From positions 457 to 64,456 of the forward strand of contig JAXDKT010000061.1 of NCBI GenBank assembly GCA_034666965.1: 64,000 nt of DNA. The letters run 5' to 3'. The position numbers were made by a program, and so were the translations under genes. The DNA is from Chloroflexota bacterium (GTDB lineage Bacteria > Chloroflexota > Limnocylindria > Limnocylindrales > CSP1-4). How positions within the stretch are numbered: the first letter of the stretch is position 1; the number at the start of each line of letters is the position of its first letter. The notes under the pieces were generated by a model. It searched no databases and was not told where the DNA came from. It saw only the letters and a program-made list of their open reading frames with translations. This document shows, in pieces, positions 56,853 to 64,000 of this stretch.

Positions 56853-59036
56853 ATGCCGGGCGGGCCGCGCTGGCGCGGCCGCGGCCTCACCTACCGCCAG
56901 CAGGTCGTCCTGGTCCTGGTCATGGTGGCGATCCTGCCCCTGGCCGTCTTTGGCATCGCCGCGTTCCGATCGGTCACGGATGTCGTCGGCGAGGAGGCCC
57001 TCGGCCAGACCCGAACGGCCGTCCGCGGCGTGGCCGCCGTCCTGTCTCGGGACGCCGGCGACCTGGACGAGACCGTCGGCAGCTATGCCAACTGGCCGTT
57101 GTTGCAGGACGAAGTCGCCAAGCTCGCGCTCGAGTCCGTCCGGACGGACGTGATCCAGTTCCAGGTCGACCAGGGCGAGATCGACGTCATCGCCCTGATC
57201 GTCGGGAATCGCCAGGTGGTTGGCGGCCCGGATGCCCAAGCGGCCGCCTTGGCCAGGCTCACCCGCCAGGCGCTGGCCCGACCGAGTGGCCCACCGGCCC
57301 GTCCGATCTATACCGACCTGGGCGACGGCGTGTACCTGGTCGACTTCCGCGCGATCGACCTGAGTGGCCGCAGCGGGCCGGGTGTCGACGCTGCGGGCGA
57401 GGGCCCGGTCGGCCTCGCCTTCGCGCGACGGCTCGATCCGGCGTTCGTCGTCGACGCGCGGGAGGTCACCGGCTTCGATGGTGCGGTCTTTGACGGCTCG
57501 GGTCGGCTTCGGGTCGCCAGCGATCAGGGCGCCGCGACGACCTTTGCGCCGGACGTCACGTCCGAAGTCGCGCCCGAAGGGCGGAGCGAGATTCGCGGTG
57601 GGCTGGCCGGTGGATCGCTGGTCCTGAGCGACATCGACGGCCGGCCGGCCGGCTGGTTCGTGGCGACGATGCGGATCGAGGGTATCCAGACGGCCGGAGG
57701 CCGGCTCATTCCGCTGCTGGCCGCAGGGCTCGGCCTCGCGGCGCTGGTCGCGGCCATCCTGGCCGTCATCCTGGGGCGGCGGCTGCGGCTGAGACTGGAC
57801 GCCATCGGCGGCGGCTTGAGTGCGATCGTCGCGGGCGACCATCGAATCCGGCTGCCGGTCGACGAACGCGACTCGATCGGCCGACTGGCGGCCACCATCG
57901 ACCGGATGGGGGAGACCCTCGACCGCCGTGACCGGATCCTGCGCGAGGCGACCTTGGCCATGTCGCAGCTGACCCCGGACCGGGGCGTCGGTCGCATCCA
58001 GGCCGAGGGCGTCGCCGCGGCCGGGCGGATCTTCGATCTGGCCGACGTTCGCCTCGAGGCGCTCGATGGGACCGTGCTCGCCGCGGAGCGGCCGGAGGTA
58101 CTCGGCGAGGGGCCGGTGCCCGTACGAGACGAGTCGGCCGGGCGCGTCGTCTCGGCTCGGCTGGGCCCGCACCCGGACGATCCGGCGGAAGGTTGGGGCG
58201 GATCGCGCCTGACCGGCCGGCTGATCGACGGCCGCGACTGGTCCGAGGCCGACCAGTCGCTCTTCGACGTTCTCGCCCGACTGCTCCGGGCGGCGATCGA
58301 CGACGCCGCGGTCCATGCCCGGACGCTCGACCGGGTCGATCGCCTCGACCGGTTGACCCGGCTCCAGAGCGACTTCCTGCGTGGTGTCAGCCACAACCTC
58401 CAGGCACCCTTGACCAACATCGTGGTCGTGGCCGACGAGCTGGCCACGGCCGACAGCACGGACGCGCACGCGCGCGAGGGCGTGGCCGTGATTCGCTCCC
58501 AGGCCGACCGGCTGGCCCGCCTGGTCGGCCAGCTGCTGACCCTGTCCCGACTCGAAGCGGGGACCCTGCGGGTGGAGGCCGAGCCGGTCGCGCCCGAGCC
58601 GATCATCCGCCGGGTGTGGGCGTCGCTCGGCTCGGACCGGCCGTTCGAGGTCGACGACCGGTCGTCGGGCATGGTCGCGGTGGCCGACCGGGCGGCCCTC
58701 GAGCAGGTCGCCTGGATGCTGCTCGACAACGCCCTCAAGTACGCACCGAGCGGAGCGATCGGGGTCTCGCTGGAGTCGACCGACGAGGACGACCGGGTCG
58801 CGATCACGGTCTGGGACGAAGGCCCCGGGATCGTGCCCGAGGAGCGAGCTCGCGTCTTCCGCCGCTTCGAACGCGGGTCGACGAGCGAGGGCATGGATGG
58901 AACCGGTCTGGGGCTCGACGTGGCCCGCGGGCTGATCCGGGCGATGGGCGGCTCGATCCGCTACGTGCCCGCCCGGAACGGGGGCGCTGGCTTCCGCTTC
59001 ACCGTGCCCGGGGAGCGTTCCGAGCGCCCCGTCTGA
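56853..59036 (+). CDS. Sensor histidine kinase with large (~270 aa) extracytoplasmic sensor domain, HAMP, HisKA, HATPase_c
   Basis: 727 aa. TM1 LVLVMVAILPLAVFGIAAF, TM2 about 285-305, HAMP, H-box (LRGVSHNLQAPLTNI), N/G-boxes (LLDNALKYAP…DEGPGI…GTGLGLD). Confidence 0.9.
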   Translation: MPGGPRWRGRGLTYRQQVVLVLVMVAILPLAVFGIAAFRSVTDVVGEEALGQTRTAVRGVAAVLSRDAGDLDETVGSYANWPLLQDEVAKLALESVRTDVIQFQVDQGEIDVIALIVGNRQVVGGPDAQAAALARLTRQALARPSGPPARPIYTDLGDGVYLVDFRAIDLSGRSGPGVDAAGEGPVGLAFARRLDPAFVVDAREVTGFDGAVFDGSGRLRVASDQGAATTFAPDVTSEVAPEGRSEIRGGLAGGSLVLSDIDGRPAGWFVATMRIEGIQTAGGRLIPLLAAGLGLAALVAAILAVILGRRLRLRLDAIGGGLSAIVAGDHRIRLPVDERDSIGRLAATIDRMGETLDRRDRILREATLAMSQLTPDRGVGRIQAEGVAAAGRIFDLADVRLEALDGTVLAAERPEVLGEGPVPVRDESAGRVVSARLGPHPDDPAEGWGGSRLTGRLIDGRDWSEADQSLFDVLARLLRAAIDDAAVHARTLDRVDRLDRLTRLQSDFLRGVSHNLQAPLTNIVVVADELATADSTDAHAREGVAVIRSQADRLARLVGQLLTLSRLEAGTLRVEAEPVAPEPIIRRVWASLGSDRPFEVDDRSSGMVAVADRAALEQVAWMLLDNALKYAPSGAIGVSLESTDEDDRVAITVWDEGPGIVPEERARVFRRFERGSTSEGMDGTGLGLDVARGLIRAMGGSIRYVPARNGGAGFRFTVPGERSERPV

Positions 59037-59193
59037 CGAAGGTCCGGGGGTTCACCGGGACCATGGGGCTGTGCACTCACGCACTTTCGTAATGCGGCGC
59101 GAAAGGTCCCAATTCTTACCCTTGTGATATCCACCGGCGCGGCCTCGGCCGGGCCGATCCGTCCGATCCGTTCGGGTGAATGACCACACCGTG

Positions 59194-59805
59194 ATGCGAC
59201 CGATCCGCGCCGCCCGCCGAGCGACTCAGGCCGAGGGCCAGACCCTCGTCGAGTTCGCCCTCGTCTTCCCGATCTTCTTCATCCTGCTGATGAGCATGAT
59301 CGAGTTCGGGCTGGTGTTCAACGCCCTGCTCAGTGTCAACTTCGCCACGCGCGACTCGTCGCTCATCGCGGCCGAAGCCGGCAACGGCTCGGGTGCGGAT
59401 TGCGTCATCCTCGACCGGATCGAGGACTCGATCAGCGCCCCGGCGAGCGAGAGCCAGATCACCAAGGTCGAGATCTACAAGGCCAACAAGAACGGCAACC
59501 CGCAGGCCGGCCGGATCAACGTCTACACCCGGACAGGGTCCACGCCGTGCACCCTGCCCGACGGGACGACGATGTCGGTGCCGTACAGCATGGTCGGCGC
59601 GCCTGGCTACGCCGACAGCCAGCGCTGCAACACCGTGAACGGCTGCCCAACCCTGCCTGGCAGCCCCACCGGGGTCGACACGATCGGGGTCAGGATCACC
59701 TACCACTACACCTGGTTCACCCCGATGGGGTCGTTCATCGGCCTGGGCATCTCCGACTACACGATGGTCGAGTCCAACGCGATGCGGATGGAGCCCGTCC
59801 TGTGA
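59194..59805 (+). CDS. TadE-like (Flp pilus assembly pseudopilin-type) protein
   Basis: N-terminal MRPIRAARRATQAEGQTLVEFALVFPIFFILLMSMIEFGLVF is the TadE/TadG N-terminal motif (PF07811-like). Cys-containing C-terminal domain. Confidence 0.8.
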   Translation: MRPIRAARRATQAEGQTLVEFALVFPIFFILLMSMIEFGLVFNALLSVNFATRDSSLIAAEAGNGSGADCVILDRIEDSISAPASESQITKVEIYKANKNGNPQAGRINVYTRTGSTPCTLPDGTTMSVPYSMVGAPGYADSQRCNTVNGCPTLPGSPTGVDTIGVRITYHYTWFTPMGSFIGLGISDYTMVESNAMRMEPVL

Positions 59806-60398
59806 GGGCGCCGATTCGAGCCAACCGCCGAACGTCCGCCCGGGGTCAGGGCCTGGTCGAGTTCGCGGTGTCGGTGCCCGTGTTCGTGATGCTCCTGCTC
59901 GGGATGCTCGAGTTCGGCTTCGCCTTCAACCACAACCTGACCCTCGAGTACGCGACCCGGGAGGGCGCCCGCACTGGGGCGGCCCTGGCCAAGGGCACCA
60001 CCACCATCCCCTGCGATCAGGTCGACAACGAGATCGTGGCCTCGGTCCAGCGGGTCCTGACCAGCCCGGGCACGCCAATCGACATCAGCAAGGTCAGTGA
60101 GGTCCGGATCTACCGGGCGGACGCCAGCGGCAACCAGATGGGCTCGACCTACAACAAGTGGGTTCCGGGCGCCGGTCCAACGGTCGACGGCGTGCCCCTG
60201 GTGTTCAAGTCCAACACGGTCAACTGGGACGCCTGCGCGGCCGGGACCCGAGACAACGGCTCAACGCCCGATTCTCTCGCGGTCAGCTTGATCTACAGCT
60301 ACCGCCTCGTGAGCCCACTCGGCGCATTGCTGGGGATGGGCGGCACGCCCGCCTTCCAGATGTCCGACCGGACCGTCATGGCGCTCAACCCGAACTAG
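59802..60398 (+). CDS. TadE-like protein (second copy)
   Basis: GTG start overlapping the previous stop (GTGA). N-terminal …RGQGLVEFAVSVPVFVMLLLGMLEFGFAFN… Only this part of track ORF 59400..60398 is real. Confidence 0.75.
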   Translation: MRAPIRANRRTSARGQGLVEFAVSVPVFVMLLLGMLEFGFAFNHNLTLEYATREGARTGAALAKGTTTIPCDQVDNEIVASVQRVLTSPGTPIDISKVSEVRIYRADASGNQMGSTYNKWVPGAGPTVDGVPLVFKSNTVNWDACAAGTRDNGSTPDSLAVSLIYSYRLVSPLGALLGMGGTPAFQMSDRTVMALNPN

Positions 60399-60401
60399 GA
60401 G

Positions 60402-62717
60402 ATGCATTCGATGGGTCCTCTGGACCAGCTCCCCGCCACACATCGCTCCGGGCTCCGCTCCGCCGCCGGCGCGGTCCGGACCAACCTGGCTGCGGGCCGC
60501 CTGGCCGCCCGCGGGCAGATGCTCGTCCTGTTCGTCGTGAGCATCTTCGTGCTGACCGGGATCACGGCCATCGTGGTCGACGTGAGCTGGTACTGGGCCA
60601 ACAGCCTGCGCGTTCAGCGCGCGGCCGATGCCGCCGCCCTGGCCGGGGTGGTCTGGCTGCCGGGCAACCCGACCACGGCCTACAGCACCGCCCGGGCGGA
60701 GGCCACCAAGAACGGCTACACGAGCGGCGGCGGAACCGTCGTGACCCCCATCAAGGACCCCGACAGCTCGGGCAACAATCGCCGCCTCGGGGTCACCATC
60801 TCCGCCCCGGTCGGCACGTTCTTCATGAAGATCTTCGGGATCTCCACGATCACGGCGACGCGGTCATCGAAGGCCGAGTTCGTGCTGCCGGTGCCGATGG
60901 GCAGTCCCGAGAACTACTACGGCGTGTTCGGGACCACCCGCGGGCTGACCGAGACGTCACAGGTGACCAACACCGTCGTCGGCCCCTCTCAGAACACGGG
61001 CTTCGACCCGATGACCGTGGCCACGCCCGCCAGCGGTGCGTGGACCAACCCGACCCGCGCCAACGGCAACAACGACGATCTCTACGCCGACAGCGCGGCT
61101 GCCAGCGGCTCGACCCAGCAGTGGGGCACGTTCAGTCCCAGCTTCACCGCCGGCGGGTCGGCTCAGATCCCGGCCAGCGCCGTGATCGACGGGCTCGAGG
61201 TCCAGCTTCGTGCGGTCCTGTCCGGATCGGGCAGTCCAACGACCACATGCGACCTGGTGGTCGACACGTCGTGGAACGGCGGGACGACCTGGTCCAGCCC
61301 CCAGACCGCCACGCTGACCACGAGCGAAGCCGCCTACGGTCCGTGGGGGACAGCCAGCTCATATGCGATCTGGGGCGCGCACACCTGGATCCGGAGCGAC
61401 TTTGACGACGCCAACTTCCGGGTCCGCCTGACCTGGTCCAAGCCGAACTGCGGTGCCAGCCGTTCGGCCTCGGTCGACACACTCCAGGTTCAGGTCACCT
61501 ATCACACCGTGACCACGACGACCACCACCGTCACAAATCCGGTGCCCGACCAGGATCTCGAGGGGCCCGGCACCGCCTGCTCCGGGGTGGCCAGCTGCTT
61601 CCATGCCGACGGGGCCACGCTCAACCCACGTGGCTTCTGGGCGACCATGAACTCCGAGGGTTCGGCCAACGTCAACGGCGACGCGTTCCAGCCGTACTAC
61701 GACACGCCGACCAGCGCCACGAACGCGGCCTATGACGCAACGACCTACTACAACTATGCGGTCGAGGTGCCCGCCGGGGCGAGCGGCAGCGTCTACGTCT
61801 ACGACCCGGTCTTCTGTGCCGTGGCGCTCAACCGGGGCACCGGCGACCGCTGGTTCAGCGGCGCCGGGGACCAGGTCAGCTCATTCTTCGAGCTGTACGA
61901 CACCAGGAACACGCTCTACGACATGACCGACGACACGGTCGTGGCCGACTCCGCGGGGCTCTTCCAGAAGGTGGCGGCCTCCGACAGCACCATGGGTGGG
62001 GGGACGAGCGGGTCGGAGTGCCGGAGCACCACCGTCACGGCCTATGGCGACGGCCGTGACTACCACGACCAGTGGTACCGACTCGCCTCCGGGCTGAGTG
62101 GTGGACCGAGCGGCAAGGTCTACCGGATCCACACCACCGCGACCGACCCGTCCAACGTGGTCGATCAGCGCTCGGTCGATGCGGCCAACAGCTTCGCCCT
62201 GTACTCCTCGATCCCGGGGTCGCGGATCTACGGCCTCGGGGCGATGCAGATGTTCACCCCGCTGTCGGCCTCGGGCTCGGCGGTCAGCTCGGAGTTCTAC
62301 CTGGCCCAGATCGACGCGATCCACGCCGGCAAGACCGTCGAGATCTCGCTCTGGGACCCGGGTGACACCCGGCCGCTCAGCGCGTCGGTCGAGATCCTGG
62401 TTCCGAACGCCTCCGGCTGGACGGCCACGGCGCTCGACTACACCGCCGCCCAGGGCACGACCAACGGCGCCGCCGCCAACTGCAACAGCCTGTCCGGGAA
62501 CGGCGTGGGCTCGATCCAGACCAACGTCGGCAATACCAACGGGACCTACAACGGCTGCTGGCTGACGATCCAGATCCCGATCCCGACCGGGTACACGGCT
62601 CAGCAGAGCGGCTGGTGGAAGATCCGCTACACCATGAACGGCAACGGGACCTCCAGCGACGTGACGACGTGGAAGGTCCAGATCCGGGGCAATCCCGTAC
62701 ACCTCATCGTTCCCTAG
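60402..62717 (+). CDS. TadG-like large pilus-associated protein (Tad N-terminal membrane anchor + ~700 aa Thr/Ser/Gly-rich extracellular region)
   Basis: N-terminal …GQMLVLFVVSIFVLTGITAIVVDVSWYWANSLRVQRAADAAALAG… matches the 'putative Flp pilus-assembly TadG-like N-terminal' motif. The long C-terminal region is beta-rich with low Cys content. Confidence 0.7.
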   Translation: MHSMGPLDQLPATHRSGLRSAAGAVRTNLAAGRLAARGQMLVLFVVSIFVLTGITAIVVDVSWYWANSLRVQRAADAAALAGVVWLPGNPTTAYSTARAEATKNGYTSGGGTVVTPIKDPDSSGNNRRLGVTISAPVGTFFMKIFGISTITATRSSKAEFVLPVPMGSPENYYGVFGTTRGLTETSQVTNTVVGPSQNTGFDPMTVATPASGAWTNPTRANGNNDDLYADSAAASGSTQQWGTFSPSFTAGGSAQIPASAVIDGLEVQLRAVLSGSGSPTTTCDLVVDTSWNGGTTWSSPQTATLTTSEAAYGPWGTASSYAIWGAHTWIRSDFDDANFRVRLTWSKPNCGASRSASVDTLQVQVTYHTVTTTTTTVTNPVPDQDLEGPGTACSGVASCFHADGATLNPRGFWATMNSEGSANVNGDAFQPYYDTPTSATNAAYDATTYYNYAVEVPAGASGSVYVYDPVFCAVALNRGTGDRWFSGAGDQVSSFFELYDTRNTLYDMTDDTVVADSAGLFQKVAASDSTMGGGTSGSECRSTTVTAYGDGRDYHDQWYRLASGLSGGPSGKVYRIHTTATDPSNVVDQRSVDAANSFALYSSIPGSRIYGLGAMQMFTPLSASGSAVSSEFYLAQIDAIHAGKTVEISLWDPGDTRPLSASVEILVPNASGWTATALDYTAAQGTTNGAAANCNSLSGNGVGSIQTNVGNTNGTYNGCWLTIQIPIPTGYTAQQSGWWKIRYTMNGNGTSSDVTTWKVQIRGNPVHLIVP

Positions 62718-63064
62718 GTTCATCCCGGGCGGAGTCGTTCGCCCTCCGTCCTCATCGGCCGAGCCGTCGGGTATCCGACGGCTCGGTCGCTTCCGCGCAT
62801 GAGCCGGGGCCTCCAGCCGGGCCCCGGCTCGCCCTTGTCCCAGGCCCGCACCCGCGGCGGGCTTCGCCATGGCCGGCCGCTCCGATCGACCCTGGACCAC
62901 CTGTCAAGGTCCCGGACGCCTCGTCAGCCATCGACTCCGGCCCGCTCCGGACCGGACCGCCCGGGGCGTCGCGCTGACGCACCGGAACGTGGCCCGGAGT
63001 GGTCTCCAGAGGGGTCTCGGTAATGTCGGCGGTCAGGTTCCCCTGACTAACGTACTAGGCAGGG

Positions 63065-64000
63065 ATGACCCGAATGGGGTCGCACCAAAGGGAACTGAAA
63101 CGAATGCCAACGACAACGGCCCGCTGGCGCGGGCACCTCCAGTCGGCGGGAACAGCCACCGCCGCGGCGATCCTGGTCGCCTCGGCCGCCCTCGTCCCCG
63201 TCGGGACCCGGCTCGCACCGGTCGCCCTCGCCGCGGACGACCTCCAGGGTTGCGGCCGCAAGCCGCTCGACGTTGAGCTGATCATCGACCGGTCGGGCAG
63301 CATGGGCGAGGCCCAGTGGGCGACCGACGGCCACGTCCGACTGTACTGGGCCAAGCAGGCTGCCGATGGGCTGGTCGACTCGCTCGATGCGACCGGCGGT
63401 GTCGGTGGCAGCCCGAACATCCATCACGTCGGTCTCTCGAAGTTCGGCAACGGCGCCGCATCGGTCGTCGTCGCGCTGGGCACCTCGAGCGCCTCGACCG
63501 TCACGTCGAGCATCGACGCGCTCACCGCGTCGGGCAACACGCCCTTGCGCCAGGGGATGGCTGCCGGCGCCGGCGACATGAGCGCCAACGGCCAGGCCAG
63601 CCGCAACGGGCTGCCGGTCAAGCACGTGATCATCCTGCTCTCCGACGGTCGACCCAATCCGGACAACACCACGGCCGGCGGCGCTCGCCCGACCCAGGCC
63701 AATATCGACGCCTTCCGCGGCTCGGCCGACGTCGTCTACTCGATCGCCGTGGGCCAGGGTGGGACCGGCCTCAGCCAGGTCGACCTGCCCCTGATGGAAT
63801 CGCTCGCCAAGCCGACCCCGGGCGCCTACCGCCACGTCGTCCAGGCCAGCGACCTGCCGGCCCTGTTCGACGGCATCTTCGAGGACATCGCCTGCACCCC
63901 GGGCATCAAGCTCGTCAAGACGGCCACGCCGACCGAGCTCCCGGCCGGTGGCGGCGATGTGACCTATACGTTCAAGGTCACCAATGTCGGCAATGTGGCC
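63065..64000 (+). CDS. von Willebrand factor A domain protein with signal peptide and DUF11-like repeat, 3'-truncated at window edge
   Basis: Hand-translated ORF open to the window end, so not in the track. Signal peptide (…AAAILVASAALVPVG…ALA), MIDAS motif LIIDRSGSM…SGNTPL…LLSDG, then …GGDVTYTFKVTNVGNVA (DUF11/'conserved repeat domain'-like). Confidence 0.7.
   Translation, partial: MTRMGSHQRELKRMPTTTARWRGHLQSAGTATAAAILVASAALVPVGTRLAPVALAADDLQGCGRKPLDVELIIDRSGSMGEAQWATDGHVRLYWAKQAADGLVDSLDATGGVGGSPNIHHVGLSKFGNGAASVVVALGTSSASTVTSSIDALTASGNTPLRQGMAAGAGDMSANGQASRNGLPVKHVIILLSDGRPNPDNTTAGGARPTQANIDAFRGSADVVYSIAVGQGGTGLSQVDLPLMESLAKPTPGAYRHVVQASDLPALFDGIFEDIACTPGIKLVKTATPTELPAGGGDVTYTFKVTNVGNVA

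Overview
This is a high-GC (roughly 70%) bacterial chromosomal segment, densely coding on both strands. Its gene content suggests an actinobacterial-type organism: F420/LLM-family oxidoreductases, many OmpR-type two-component systems, a Tad-like pilus locus, and DUF4383/DUF4395/TIGR03118-type proteins. I call about 59 protein-coding genes, one tRNA (anticodon UAU), and one SAM-I (S-box) riboswitch with an intrinsic terminator.

Recognisable genes and modules include:
- Cell envelope: a FemAB-family peptidoglycan-bridge enzyme and a three-gene glycosylation module (GT2, UPF0104 flippase-like protein, GT-C-like membrane protein).
- Regulation: five OmpR-type response regulators and five sensor histidine kinases, two of the kinases being paralogous GAF-HKs, plus a large STAND/LuxR regulator.
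- Transport: an OpuC-type osmoprotectant ABC transporter, an ammonium transporter, an MFS transporter, MgtC, and a TrkA-type K+ channel.
- Central metabolism: glutamate synthase large subunit (gltB) followed directly by PEP carboxylase, proline dehydrogenase, the three-subunit transhydrogenase PntAA/PntAB/PntB, and an F420-dependent G6PD-like enzyme.
- Sulfur-related genes: a two-domain rhodanese, a class-V PLP enzyme, and a SAM-riboswitch-controlled ThrC-like plus MoaD-like pair.
- Other: ATP-dependent DNA ligase, AlaX editing protein, a cupredoxin lipoprotein, and a TadE/TadE/TadG/vWA cluster.

The observations most worth a second look:
- The S-box-regulated ThrC-like (with an N-terminal Cys4 zinc ribbon) plus MoaD-like operon.
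- A DNA methyltransferase with apparently permuted motifs, co-oriented with a membrane-anchored NERD-domain protein.
- A tRNA with anticodon UAU in a high-GC genome.
- A partnerless paralogous GAF-HK and OmpR-RR flanking amt-gltB-ppc.
- A compact GT2/flippase/GT-C trio.

No CRISPR array, integrase, transposase or obvious prophage is visible. All coordinates are 1-based within the window and start codons are approximate. Many long ORFs in the supplied track are antisense artefacts of the high GC content.
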